From Cercozoa sp. M6MM (taxonomy: Eukaryota > Protista > Endomyxa: Ascetosporea): a stretch of 64,000 bases of DNA. This document shows, piece after piece, positions 14,026 through 26,947 of this stretch; the stretch's first letter is position 1; each line of letters begins with the position of its first letter. The stretch lies in assembly GCA_040357565.1 (NCBI GenBank), contig JBDODJ010000047.1. One strand, 5' to 3'. The notes beneath the pieces are model-generated. The model searched no databases. It saw nothing but the letters and a program-made list of their open reading frames with translations, and was not told the DNA's origin. The translations under genes were made by a program, and so were the position numbers.

Positions 14026-15039
14026 ATGTGGAAACCTGTCTTGCTGGCTGCATTGGCCACTGCAGCGACGACCGCGCAGCAGCAACCTGGCGTCACGTGC
14101 GGACTTGAACTCGCGGCACAAAATCTGACCGAGATTGCGAATGATCACTCGACCGGCGTTGTCACCTTCACGCTGGCTAATAGTCAGGTGGCATGCGACG
14201 CTGATTCGGTACGCATCACAGGTGCCAGTCCTCGCCAAAACGTGCAAGTCGAGGTCAGTTTGTCCAGGTTAAAATGCACTCACTGTTCTAAACTTAAAGT
14301 AGGTGCACGCATGAGCGTTCCAGATAGTTTATGCTAATACCGTATGTTCGCAGCTATTCACTGCGCCTGACGAGGCCTCCTGGCGCGTGATTCCCCAAGA
14401 CGGCGACTGGATTGCGTTCTTCGCACTTCCGCATCAGACGCAGCGCTCGCCACTCACGTTCTCGCTGCGGTACCGTGGTCTCGATCCGCGTGCGGCCGAT
14501 GTGATGATCAGCGAGATCTACGGCGAGCAAGATGGCGGCTTCGACCCCGACACCAACCAGCTGCGTCACTTCAGCAGCTTCATCCAGGACGTCGAGATCC
14601 GCGCTCAAGACGACGGTGCTCTGCCGATCTATGCCGAAGGTATCCGTTCTGTTCTCCCGAAGGCGAGGAGAGAATTCTCTCAGTCCATTAAATGCTCTTA
14701 ACGAATGACATGTCCCCTTGTTTGAAAGGACAAGCCCCGGAGAACTCCTTCATGCTACGCGAGACCAACTGCTTCGACGGCTTTGCTGCCGCTGGGCGTG
14801 ACTGCGAGGTACGCGCCGGAATCCAAGAACCCGAGTCTCTGCCCGAAGAAACTACCAAGGTTGTGGAAGAAGAAACCCCGGAACCCACTCAAAATGGTAC
14901 AACAACTCCTGCGCCTGTTGAGTCCACGAAAGCGGCAGAGGAGGACTCGGACGGAGACGCTGGTGATGACTCCAGCGATGCGACCGTTGCTAGCGTGTCC
15001 ATCGCAGCACTCACCATCGTCGCTGCCTTCCTGCAGTGA
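14026..15039 (+). CDS. Secreted, probably GPI-anchored or C-terminally anchored surface protein
   Basis: Signal peptide MWKPVLLAALATAATTA, Cys-containing ectodomain, E/T/P/D-rich stalk, hydrophobic C-terminus (ASVSIAALTIVAAFLQ*); two introns. Confidence 0.75.
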
Positions 15040-15229
15040 TGACTGCGCACGCCACTTGAGCAATCGTTCTCCCGGATCCACGACCGTACTAAACAGAAAC
15101 ACCCCGCCCGAGCCACCTGGAAAGTAGTCGATCATGCTATCGTCTAGTCTTGAATCAGTTTGCATACAAGCACTACTCGACCTTTCATTTTCAGTTTGTG
15201 TTCGTTCAGTTGTTAGTTTAACTGAGTTC

Positions 15230-15421
15230 TCAGTCAGAATTCTCATTAACTTCTGCACGGTCGATTGAGCAGGAGCGCAACCGCGATCGTACTCGCATTA
15301 ACGCTTGTCCAAGCAAGTTGGTACCACGCCACTTTGACGGATCTATCGCATCTGGGTCATCGAAGTGCCTAAAGTCCACCCAATATAACAATTACAGTAT
15401 ACGTTGTGTGTGTGTGTGTGT

Positions 15422-15467
<46 letters not shown>

Positions 15468-16143
15468 GTGTGTGTGAAACTACATTCCGATGCCCCATAT
15501 GGTGTCGTACGGCGACGCTTCAACGATGGTTTTGTCGCCGGTTTCGAGCAGTGCCTAGAGCAGCCAGTAATCACAAATTAACGCACATGCAAAACAGTGA
15601 AAGAACCTGCGCCAGGTGTTCGTTCTGGGAGAATTTGAGAAAGTTGCCCTGTGTCACAATGTCGAGGCCCTGTTCGTGCCACATCTGGGCGTCAAAGTCA
15701 CGTACTTTTCTTCCCAGCGCCTACGACACGTAAATACAGTGCTGATCCCTACCACAAAGGATGTATGTGGGCTACCTTTTGCTTTCGTGGGTTGTTGACT
15801 GCGAGAATTTGTCTTCGCATGGAATAATCGCCAAACAAGCGCGCCTGCCACCAACACAGAAGGACAATCGACACAATGCACCGCCCGGTACCCACCCAGT
15901 CTGCATGGCAATACCATTGCCCAGTTAGTATTTACCTTCTCTGCCATCATGTACTGCTCCGCACTGGTGTACGTTTGTTCACTGTCATCTTTGAATTCAC
16001 ACCGGTGCCATTGCGAGAGAAAGCTTCCCCAGAAGAACACAAAGTTCTGAGCAAAGACGAGATACTGTATATCATCTTTTCTCTTCAAGATCTTGGTGAC
16101 GGGACACCTTTGTCACGCGTTCTCCGCGGATTGAGTTGCTCAT
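15230..16143 (-). CDS. NADAR (YbiA-like) family protein
   Basis: Spliced motifs FFWGSFLSQW, SAEQYMMAEKARLFGD, ALGRKVRDFD, KFSQN, VEASPYDTIWGIG, WRGTNLLGQALMRVR. Confidence 0.92.
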
Positions 16144-16460
16144 AGTACTAAAATACACGTGATCGGCTGTTTTATTGCTTTAATAGCTATCTAGGGCACC
16201 AAAAAGCACCCACAGAAATCTCTGTAGCCACTGATTGTCCAGACTCTGCGGTACAATTGTACTGCACGCGCCAACAACTGCCACTGACCAACGGTCGAGT
16301 GGGACTGTGCGATCAATCAGTGATGACTGCTCCTCTGTTGTTCTGCTCTACTGGACTTACTGTAGTGCGCTGTAGTTGTAATTTCTGCTCACTACTGTTC
16401 GCTGTGTGCTGTAGTCCTTGCTCAACTGTAGACTGTTCCAAAAAAACCCTGCCGAACAAC

Positions 16461-17787
16461 ATGAAGTTCTTGTCGACTGTCTTGCTGGCTGCGTGTGCTG
16501 GTAGTTTTATCTGTACTCTGTCGGAACTGACGTGTCTGTAATGGCCCTGCGTATCTGTAAGTAGTGGGCACGACTGGGGCACGTGTTGCACCGGTGTTTT
16601 CGTACACCCAGAACACCATTCCCAACCAGTACATCGTGCGCCTTCGTGATGGTAGGGCGCGTAAATGATGCAGATATGTCGATATAGAGTTGTTTGTTAA
16701 CGCGCAGACGTTAGCTTACAGCACGCACGTCGCGTGTTTGGTAAGCCGCTGATTGTGATGTGTCTCCTTGATGGATACTATCTGTCGACATCCCGACTCT
16801 GTGTAGAGGAGCGACAACTGGTGGCCTCGGAGGCCGACTTCATGCAAGTGGGACGCACCTTCCGTGCTGTGTCGACCTTCCTTTCGTATGCTTTCCTTGA
16901 GTGCGGGAGGCTGCTCCTCTTGTATTCTGGTTCACATTTTTATCGGTCAATTGGCACACCGACAGGGACTCGCAGATCGCAGCGCTGCAGCAGCTCGGCG
17001 ACATTGTCGAGTACATCGAGCCGGTATACTATTGCCTTTACATTGGAGATTCTATACTACGCGACTTGTGCTAGAACAGGAGACGACGTTTTCGACCGAG
17101 GTGGAGCCGATGGACGAACTGGAGGACATCGAGCAGCGTCTCGGTCGCAGCATCCGACGTCGGTAACTCTGTCCTTCATGTACAGTTTCACCAGTTGATT
17201 AGTATAGCAACATTTTAATCTTCTAAGTAGTCTGAACAATGACGGTTCGGTGGAGGAAGACCTTGTTGAACAGGGTATTCGCACCTTAATTAACTATCAA
17301 TCCTCGTGTAGTGGAGCAAGGACTTGTATTGGGTTTAGACTGCTCGGACACGCGCAAGAACTGCTCCTGGGGCATTGATCGGTAAGTTGGCCTGACTGGA
17401 GTGAGATTCAAACCATCGATACTGCGCTCGGTGCAGTGTCGACCAGCGCGAGCAGAAGCTCGACAAGGTGTACCGTCACCACGAGAACTCGGGCGCGGGC
17501 GTCACTGTCTACATTGGTATATTGCCCTTTTTAATTAGTAGCACACTAAATGAGACATGAGGTACACGTGTTCCCGCAGTGGACACGGGTGTGCTCACGT
17601 GGCACGACGACTTTGGAGACAACGCACGCTTCGGCTTTGATGCGTTGGTAAATTTACCTTCTTACATGTGTGCCTGTACCAAACTCTCTGCACCGACCAT
17701 ACACTCCCGTGTAGCACAAGGATGGCAAAGACCCGTCCAAGTACTCGCGTACTGGTGCGTGCTGTTTGTTGTACACATACGTCTTGT

Positions 17788-17820
<33 letters not shown>

Positions 17821-19237
17821 GATATCTATATATTCTGTATTTCTATTTATTATTAATAATGTATGTAACGCAGATTGCAACGGACACGGTACGCACGTCG
17901 CTGGCACTGTGTCCTCGCGTCGTTTCGGCGTTGCTAAAGTAGTCTTGGCTTAAACTTTTTGCTTCCTCTAGCAATGCCTACGTGTATATGTGAGTACAGG
18001 AGGCCGAAGTCGTTGGAGTGCGAGTTCTTGGATGTCAGGGCAGTGGCAGCACGAGTACATCTTTCTATGCATACCCAGAGTGGTGATTGTATACTCTGGT
18101 ATGTGTACACACTAGGCAACGTGGTCAAGGGCATTGAGTATGTCACGGCCGACCATGTGCGCCGTCAGAAGAAGTTCTCGGTAGCACAACCTTGCGAAAT
18201 AGGTTGTACCTGTTACACAGGTACACGCAGGTGGCCAACTTGTCCATCGGTGGTGATAAGTCGCGTGCCCTTAACGAAGCCGTCGATGCTGCCTCCGAGG
18301 TATGCATGCAATATTACTGTCTGTTTGTATATATCTATGTATATATACTATACTGTTCAGGCCGGTGTCGTCATGGTCGTTGCTGCAGGCAACGAGAGCA
18401 TGTACCTTGACACAGTGCTGACTTCAGGGTGTACATGGGATCTGTGTCTTTGTGTAGGGACGCTTGCCGACGCTCGCCAGCCTCAGCAGAGACGGCCATG
18501 ACGGTCGGTGCCACGGCCAAGAGTGACAACAAGGCCGGTATGTTTGGAAACATGACCAGACATTGCGCTCTCCTTTTTTAGTGGTGTGCTGACATTAGGT
18601 TTCTCCAACTTTGGCAAGTGTGTCACCATCAACGCCCCTGGTGTCGATATTCGCGGTACCCGGTCTATCAGTTTTATTAAGGCTGTGGCGTATATAAATC
18701 ACATGCAGCCCCTTCTAACAACGGCTACTCCCGTCCGCCGAACCCTGACAAGCCTCTGTAAGTTGTGCTCTTGCTCTGACTTGAATATAAATTATGTCGA
18801 TTGACTCTGCATGCAGTGTCGGATCTCGCATCTTGTCTGGCACATCGATGGCTGCGCCTCACGTACAGTGTTTTTTTGAGCGCTTCCTTCCTCAAATGGT
18901 ACTGGAAATTTATACGACTTTATCTGCACAGGTCGCCGGTGCTGTTGCCGACTTCCTGTCGCAGAACGGACTGGGACGCCGTTTCGACGATGTGTTTGCC
19001 ATCCAGGTATAGTTGGTTTATCCAAATTTCCTTTGTTTTTGGTTGCTAACAACCGAATTCTGCTTCGACAGAAAGCAGTCGTGGAACAGAGCACGCCGGA
19101 TCGTTGCCAAGGCTGTGGTCGCAGGGTAGCCAGCTTTTATCGAGTGATAGTGTTTGCTGACTGTGGCTGACCCCATGTTGAAACAGAGCGGTCCCAAGAC
19201 GCTCTTGGCAACTACGGCGGCCCCCAAGATGAACTAA
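16461..19237 (+). CDS. Secreted subtilisin (S8A, proteinase K-like) with I9 propeptide; about 22 introns
   Basis: Signal peptide; I9 motif IPNQYIVRL; WGIDR; catalytic [19 protein letters not shown] and [10 protein letters not shown]; TAA at 19235-19237. Confidence 0.93.
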
Positions 19238-19482
19238 GTGAACTCACGGGATTGATAGCAGCGCACCGGCATGCAATCAGCGTGCCCGGCCGGCAGTGCG
19301 GAGCGCTTCGATCGATCGATTGCACTAACCAACTCGACTGAATGTACAAGGTAAATTAACGTGGCCCTGCGCTACACGCGACGCGCGTGGGTATATACTA
19401 CATAATGGTCGGTCTTCGCTAGCGTCCAGGCAGAAGCCAGCAGAGTTGCATTTATTGGATCCGCCCGGACAGTGCGGTCGGG

Positions 19483-20611
19483 TCAGTCGCCGGCGGCGAG
19501 GTCGTCAGCATCGATGGCGACGAGTCGGTCGTGCTGACTGTCGTCGTGGAGAATGCGGAGGCGTGCGTGGACTTCCTCGGCCTGCCCTTCGTCGATGTCG
19601 TTGAGACTACTCAAGGCATTCTCCTGCTTACCGTCTGCTTGGGTGGCTACACACACAAGCTAGCCAGGGTCTAGACACGCAAACACACAGAGAATACCAG
19701 CTACTGCAGCCTCGTCGACGCGGCGGCGCTGCTTGAGACCGCTGCTGCGCGACATGTGCGTCAGGATGTGCGCCGCCGCATTCAACAACACTAGCTATAT
19801 ATACATTTGTTTGATGTATATAACAGATACAATGGCAATGGACAGGCCAAGGCACCGAAGCAGAGGGCCGCGGCGATCTCGAGCGCAGATGCAAAAACAC
19901 CGCCGTCAATGTTGACAACAGGCCACCTAAACATACTCAGCAGTGTTGAGATAAGCGGTGTTGAGATAAGCAGTGTTGAGATAAGCAGTGTTGAGATAAA
20001 GGGAGAGGTGAGGATGGCGTACCGGCATCACAGAGCAGTGTACTGCGACGACGCATCAGAAACAGCGCCAACAGAAAGGGCAGCGCACCTTGCACTGACC
20101 GCACTGCACCTGCACAGCCAAGGGAATCAAGATCGCCGGACTAAAGTAGCTCTTTTCTCTCTTACCGTGCCGCAAAAGTGTGCCGACAGAATTATCGTTG
20201 CGTTTTGAAGCTGGAATCAGCCTGCTTCCGCGCGGACACTCGGATCAACAAACAAAAGCAGATACAGGTGGCACAAACCAGGCTGCAAGAAGTCCACTGG
20301 CACGTTTGCGCCTTCTAACAGAGTCGATCTGTTCGAAACACACACAAATACTGTAACCACACCAGACAGACAGACGGTACCAACTTGGCCACGGCGACGT
20401 AGACACACAGCACGACCTGTAAGCACACAGGAGGTAAAGGAGATAGAGAGGGTAAAGAGGTTAAAAAACGGCACCGTCGTGGCGAAAGCGGCGCGACGCG
20501 AGTAACGCAGAAACAGTGACTTCTCGCGGTCGTTGTCGCGCTGCTGCAGTCGCTGCTGGAGGTACTGCACCTCGCCTACGAATAACACCATGCCATACAC
20601 ACATGCCATTA

Positions 20612-20696
<85 letters not shown>

Positions 20697-21054
20697 CACA
20701 CATACAGTGCAGCTTTAACATGCCAAAGCTACCCCGTAAGTGCGACAGGAGCAACATGGCTTGTCGATGGTCATCGGTCAGTCGTATCTGTACCATTATA
20801 TACATATATACGTGTGTGTAAGCACACAAGACACACACAAACACACACCTGCTGTTGTGACATGCGCAGCAGGTCCATGTCAGAGACTGCGCGCGGAATC
20901 GTTCGGGCAGCGAGGGCACTGTTGTCGCTCTCGTTGTCATCGTTGTCGGCACTCATCGTCGGAGGTGTCTCCACCACCATCTCGATTGGGTGTCTGAAGC
21001 CAACACAAGCCCAGTAACCGCATATTAACGTTTATTGGTAGTGTCTTACCTCAT
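19483..21054 (-). CDS. Hypothetical protein with probable hydrophobic segments, multi-exon
   Basis: GC-rich exons bounded by GT-AG (MRHPIEMVVETPPTMSADND...; GALPFLLALFLMRRR); no family recognised. Confidence 0.5.
19941..19999. repeat. Intronic 15-bp tandem repeat (CAGTGTTGAGATAAG)x4
   Basis: Direct sequence; one unit has a substitution. Confidence 0.9.
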
Positions 21055-21477
21055 CGATCGGGAGTGTGGTGATGTATTTCTAGCCTGCTGGTGTTTGGAA
21101 GCAAAATAAGACAAGCAAATAAGACAAGCAAATAAGACAACCAGTTTTGGTCATCCAGAATCAAGATGCAGGATGAAAAGACATGACTCACCGTCTAAAC
21201 TGCAAGTTTGAATGCTGATCTAGACACAAAATGTGCAGTAATGCGCTCTGGACACCACGAGCAGCGCGCTGATGCAGCACAGTTCGATCCGAGGGGATTC
21301 AACTTGATCTTGATTATTTGATGGATGGTCCGAGTGACCCGGCTCTTTTGGCTTTACATAGTTAGAGAGCCCTGACACTTTTACGTCCCTAGTTCAATGC
21401 GTTCAGGACTTGTTATTCTTCTTCAGTCCAGTTCGAACGCAATTAACGCAGGTAAATTGCATTCGTCTAAGTTAAAC

Positions 21478-23827
21478 CTAGACTAACTCCGAGCGGTCTC
21501 TTAGTTTCGTGTGCACCGGCGGAGCGCACTTGCGTCGCAGGAACTGGCCTGCAGTCAGATAAATAGATGCAGAAATAAAAATGAATCAAGCAACGGATAT
21601 AACAAATAAATGCAAATAAATAATACGCACGTCTAATTTAAACAGACCAATCGACACGGGCAGACAACTGGCGCACGTGATGATCGCCACCTTCCACCAG
21701 AAGTCGGCCTATACAAACGGGGGGGGGGGGGTAAATCAAAAACAATATACACAAGGTCCAAACAGTACCGACAGGATGAACACGACGTCGAACTGCTCCT
21801 TGAGCAGGAACCTGCAGGCACAGTCACTCAAGGCAGTAAAGGACAGGCAGGTAGAGGCCGTACATCGAGGCCAGATAGGTGGCCAACGAGGCGGCCTCGG
21901 CGAACACGTTGGCACGTGTCCAGTGCTGCAGGAAGAGCGCCACGTTCATGCTACCGAGGGACGGGGAACAGGGGGTAAACAGGAGGGTAAACAGGGGAAA
22001 AAGGGGGTTATAGGAGGATAAATACGGGATACACAGGGAAGATAACCCGGGGGGGGGGGTAAGCGGGAAGGGGGGGTAAACATACAGCTCAGTCAGCACG
22101 AGCACAGTGAAAGCAATCGCCACGAGCGACAAAAAACGGTCGTCGAACAGCAGCAGCGACAGCAGCATTATCGTGCAGCCTGGGAATACAGGGGGGCGGG
22201 GGGATAAGGGGTAAGGGGGTAAGGGGGTAAGGGGGTAAGGGGGTAAGGGGGTAAGGGGGAGTAAGGAGTAAATGAGGGGTAGGGAATAAACAAAGCACCT
22301 TGATATACTGACTTGAACACCCAAACGCCAAAAGTGAACAGCGACAGTGGCGTGTGTCTGTGCAGGAAAGTGGGAGTAAAAAGGGGAGTAAACAGGGGGT
22401 AAACAGGGGGTAAACAGGGGGTGAACAGAGGGGGGCAAGACCGCATGTGCGCACTGTGTTCGTCGTAGAGCTGCGGAAACATGGCGACAGTGGCCCAGTC
22501 GACGTCCTCGTCCAGCACAAGCGAGAACACCGGCAGACACGTGTACACCGTACTGTAGCCAACCTGTACACACACTGTACACGGTCCAATTGTACACATA
22601 CAATTGTAGCCAGTTGGACCAGTAGCCAGCCGGTGAAGAGCGGCACCGCCGCGAACTGGAACAATGCTGAGAACACGGCCTGCGGGGGGAGGGGGGGTAA
22701 GAGGAAGTGAGGGGGTACACGGGGGTAAACAGGGAGTAGACAAGGGGTAAACAGGGGGGTAAACAGGGGGGTAAACAGGGGGGCAAACCTGCATGACGGC
22801 GATGATGAGACCGCGGTGCATCACGAACTGCGTCAGTCGCGCCTGCTCCCAAAACAACCATGCCTCAGTCAGACACGTGGCTCAGTGAGGGTCACGTGGC
22901 TCAGTGAGGGTCACATGGCTCAGTGAGGGTCACGTGTCCCAGTCAGACACGTGCTCAGTGAGCAACACTCGTATGGCTACAACATACACTGCGCCAGTAG
23001 GCCAGTCGTCCATGCCACAACACCAGTCTGCGCAGCACCCGGAAGGGGGTAAACGGGGGGGGGGGGGTAAACCACGGGGGGGGGGGGGTAAACCGGGGGG
23101 GGGGTACNNNNNNNNNNNNNNNNNNNNNNNNNNNNNNNNNNNNNNNNNNNNNNNNNNNNNNNNNNNNNNNNNNNNNNNNNNNNNNNNNNNNNNNNNNNNN
23201 NNNNNNNCAAAACGCACCGAGCCAGATCACCGAAGCCGCCGTCGCGCAAAACAAAATCCGCCGCCAGCGCCGCTTGTCTGCCGATACACACAAACAATTC
23301 AGGCGGTACAAATGGACGGTACAAATGGATTGGACTAGACTGGACATATGGACTGGACTGGACACATGGACCGAGTTAAGGCAGCGTTTGTACCGACCCT
23401 CCTTGCCGCGAATGCCGATGCCTACGTGCGCTGCCTGCCGAGGGTCAACGGGGGGGGGGGGGGGGGGGGTNNNNNNNNNNNNNNNNNNNNNNNNNNNNNN
23501 NNNNNNNNNNNNNNNNNNNNNNNNNNNNNNNNNNNNNNNNNNNNNNNNNNNNNNNNNNNNNNNNNNNNNNGGGTAAACAGGGGGGGGGGGGTAAAACGCA
23601 CCGCCGCTGCCGACGCCGTTCGCGCAGAAAATCGAGCGTTTCCAACGGCACGAAACTGCCCACTGCGACACAGAGAAACTCTTGCGCGTTTCTCACTCCA
23701 GAAGAAACGCGCGTTTCTCAAAAAATACAGTAAAATTACCGCCCTGTTCCTCGCGCTCCTCGAAAACGCCAAACATCCGCGCGGACGTCTCCTCGCTCAG
23801 TCCTGTCTTTCCACTGCACTCACCCAT
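21478..23827 (-). CDS. ATP9: P4-ATPase phospholipid flippase, ATP9/NEO1 type; central part missing in assembly gap
   Basis: GIGIRGKEG/QAALAADF, TQFVMHRGLIIAVMQ, GYSTVYTCLPVFSLVLDEDV, WWKVAIIT, C-terminus FLRRKCAPPVHTKL. N-terminal exons at 23600-23827 are separated from these by a 100-N gap. Confidence 0.85.
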
Positions 23828-24397
23828 TCCATCACGCAGGCAATTCTTAACTGAGTCGAACGAATCTTGTTTGGAGAAACGCTCACGAAACAAGCACGTG
23901 TGCACTCGGACTCACCAGAGTTTCGCCGCCACGAACAGAAGCTCACCAGATGGTTTTCTGCTCACGCCCGTGTCAATTGCACACAAAAGCAACTTTAACA
24001 CACTTTAAATTACCAGAGCACGGCACCGCGCTAAACAAACCGGCCAGAAAACCTGGTTTGCTCCAGGACCCCTCGTTCAAATAACTTTGTTCTGTGGCCC
24101 GTAACGTGTTTAAACCGCAATATATGCACCGTTTAATGTCGCCAGACGCTTGATCGCGCCAGGTTTTGTCATGGGGATCCGCGGAACCAGAAAAGGTCCA
24201 AATGTCCCAACCCATCGACTCTCGGGGCCGCGCACTGGACCGCGCGCCTGTCGCACGTGTCGGAGTGTTGCTTGGACGGGATTAGAGGTACCCGTGTGCA
24301 CTGCAAGCTGCGCATGCAGTCAGCGTTTGTGCGTGTTTTTTGTTTGGTTTTGTTCTGGTCAAAGAAAATGCAAAATCGAGTTGCACGTTGCAGAAAG

Positions 24398-26308
24398 ATG
24401 TTCGCGAGCCGTGTCTGCCGTGGCCAGAAGTTTGCTGTGCGTGCGTTCTCGTCGGCGCAGCACACTGTTGTGCTGATGCCGGTACAGATGTTCCCGTGTC
24501 CGTGTCGTACCCATTCAACGGGGTGGGCGTGATTTGGCATCTGGTATCGTTGAGCGCAGGGTGACGGCATTGGTCCCGAGATCGCGCAGTCGGTGCAGGA
24601 CGTCTTCCGTGCCGCCGAGGTGTGCTGTTTTACTGTTGTGTCTTGCTTGGATTGCGAATATGTGGAATGTGTAGGTTCCGGTGAACTGGGAGGTGCACAA
24701 CATCGGCACTGAGCACGTCGTTGCCGGCAGCAAGGACCTTATCTCGCCCGAGGTGTGTCTGTCCTAATTTGTGAAGGAAGAGTCGAACTGTGTATGTGTA
24801 CTGTTGTCTGCTCTTTGGTAGGCCCTCGATGCCATCCGCAAGTACGGTGTCGGCCTTAAGGGTATGCCACTGACCTTCTCTATGGTCCGAGTCGCACTTT
24901 GAGTCCATGCTCTCCTTGTACAGGTCCGTTCGCCACGCCGATTGGTGGCGGCCACCGCTCGCTTAATCTGGTACACTTTTCGTTTCTCCCTTTATCTCTT
25001 ACCCCCCCCCCCCCCTTACCCCTACTTGAGCAGACGCTGCGCCAGGAGCTCAACCTGTCGGCCAACGTGCGTCCGTGCAAGTCGCTTCCGGGCTTCAAGA
25101 CCAAGGTGTGTCCAATCATACCCCCATTGCCCCTGTCCCTGTCCTTACCCGTTGCCCCCGCCCCTGCCCTTGCACTCAGTACGACGATGTCGACGTGATC
25201 ACGTTCCGCGAGAACACGGAGGGCGAGTACGCCGGTCTCGAGCACGAGGTCTACCCGGGTAGTCTGGGTTATATTACTACCCTGCCCCCTGTGTATACGT
25301 GTGTGTATCATGTACAGGTGTGGTGGAGAACATGAAGGTCATCACGCGTGCTGCCTCGACGCGTACCCTTGCCTTTGTCCCAAGCCAGTCGGGGTTGTCA
25401 TCTCACTTGCCCGTGTTGTATCGTTAGGCGTGTGCGAGTACGCCTTCAAGTACGCCTCGGAGAACGGTCGCGAGCGTGTGACGGCCGTGCACAAGGTTGG
25501 ACTGTGGCTACACGGGTCGAACCGACTAATGACGGTTTGTGTGTGTGCAGGCGACGGTGCAGAAGATGGCCGACGGTCTTTTCCTTGAGTGCGCTCGCGA
25601 GGTGGCCGCCAAGTACCCCAACGTAGCCTTTGCCTTCCCCTACCTACCTGTAGAGAGAGGGTATCTACCCCCACCCCCTGTGTGTGTACACAGATCAAGT
25701 TCGACGAGATGCTGCTGGACAACGCCATTCTGCAGCTCACCCAGGACCCGACGCAGGTACCTCTCACGCTACCTATGTATCTATGTCTCTGTGTGTCAAT
25801 GTGTCTGTGTACATGAGTCCAGCTCGACACGATGGTGATGCCGAACCTGTACGGCGACATTGTTTCCGACCTGTGTGCTGGTAACACTTACTATCCTTCC
25901 AGCAGATACAGACGCACATGTCGATGAAACAGGCCTCATTGGCGGTCTCGGTCTGACGCCGTCCGGCAACATTGGTGACCAGTGCGCCGTGTTCGAGTCG
26001 GTGCACGGTACGGCCCCGGATATCGCCGGTCAGGACAAGGCCAACCCGACGGCCCTGCTGCTGTCGGCCTGCATGATGTTGCGTCACCTCGGCATGACCG
26101 ACAAGGCCATCAACATTGAGAACGCCATCTTCACCGTCATTGGCAACGACATCGTAACTTTCCTCTTCCATCCCACTTCTCTGCCAGTTGGGCATGAAGA
26201 GAGGCTTATGTTTGGCTTGTTGCGCGACAACAGGCGCGCACGGGCGATCTGGGCGGCAGCTCCAAGTGCTCCGAGTTTACCAGCGCCATCTGCCACCAGC
26301 TGGAGTAA
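24398..26308 (+). CDS. IDH3A: Mitochondrial NAD-dependent isocitrate dehydrogenase catalytic subunit; 13 introns
   Basis: Presequence [19 protein letters not shown]; [54 protein letters not shown]. Confidence 0.92.
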
Positions 26309-26402
26309 TTTAACGCAACTGCAGTTGCAGCTAAAGTTCCGATTTTTTGTCATTCTGTCCGCGGCCGGTCTAGTCTAAAGCGTATAAGCGAAACACACAT
26401 GC

Positions 26403-26692
26403 TACCGCAGCCCTCTCAGATAGGGATCAAGCCTTGGTAAATTGAGGGTACTTTGCCAGTGATACAAAACAAAAATTAAGGAACGGAAGCAAGTCTGTTC
26501 TTGGAGGTAGAGTGGCCAAGTGTCAGTTTGAAAGAGCGGCAAAGCACTGGACGGAAAGTCACCCGCCAGATGTTCTTATTGAGTTGGCGAGGAACGAAGA
26601 CTGAAAGAAGGGCCTCTCTGGAAAGGCAGAGGACGGGTAGAAGCGGAGACAACTGGCCTTGGAGAGATCAGATTAAACTTACCTGGTCGAGA
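26403..26692 (-). mobile_element. Dispersed repeat copy 1, probable 5'-truncated 3' end of a non-LTR retrotransposon
   Basis: Colinear similarity to 47820-48129 (TACCGCAGCCCTCTCAGATAGGGATCA...TTGGTAAATTGAGGGTACTTTGCCAGT...GGAGAGATCAGA...CTGGTCGAGA); both copies share the same left boundary. Confidence 0.6.
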
Positions 26693-26947
26693 CGTTTTAC
26701 TGTAGAAAGGAAAGTCAGTTAAAGGGTTTGAGACGGAAAGGCGTCGTCCGAACTGAGTAGTGAGGGTTCATGAGTGCTCGAGTTGGCGGTAGTCGTGGAT
26801 ACAGTAGCTCATGCCAAGTCAGTCGTCACTAGTGCACACTGGCAGTGAAAGCGAGACGGTTTAACTGTGAATTTTGAGATGAGCTAACTGGGATGTTTCA
26901 AACAAAATAAGCTGTTAGGGAACAAAAGCAGCAGTCAGCCGACACAA

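Noticed and set aside
19941-19999. CRISPR-like arrays in the tandem repeats
   Set aside because: No unique spacers; they are intronic minisatellites in a eukaryote.
21281-21291. B-box-like GTTCGATCC suggesting a tRNA
   Set aside because: No cloverleaf or A-box in the flanks.
26505-26525. tRNA-like A-box (AGTGGCCAAGTG) suggesting a SINE
   Set aside because: No B-box, it is internal to the repeat, and RLE remnants on the other strand explain the element better.
26676-26686. Second AACTTACCTGG, identical to the U1 5' end
   Set aside because: No 70K loop, U1A loop or cloverleaf follows, and the paralogous repeat copy lacks it. Probably chance, though worth rechecking if the retroelement targets snRNA genes.
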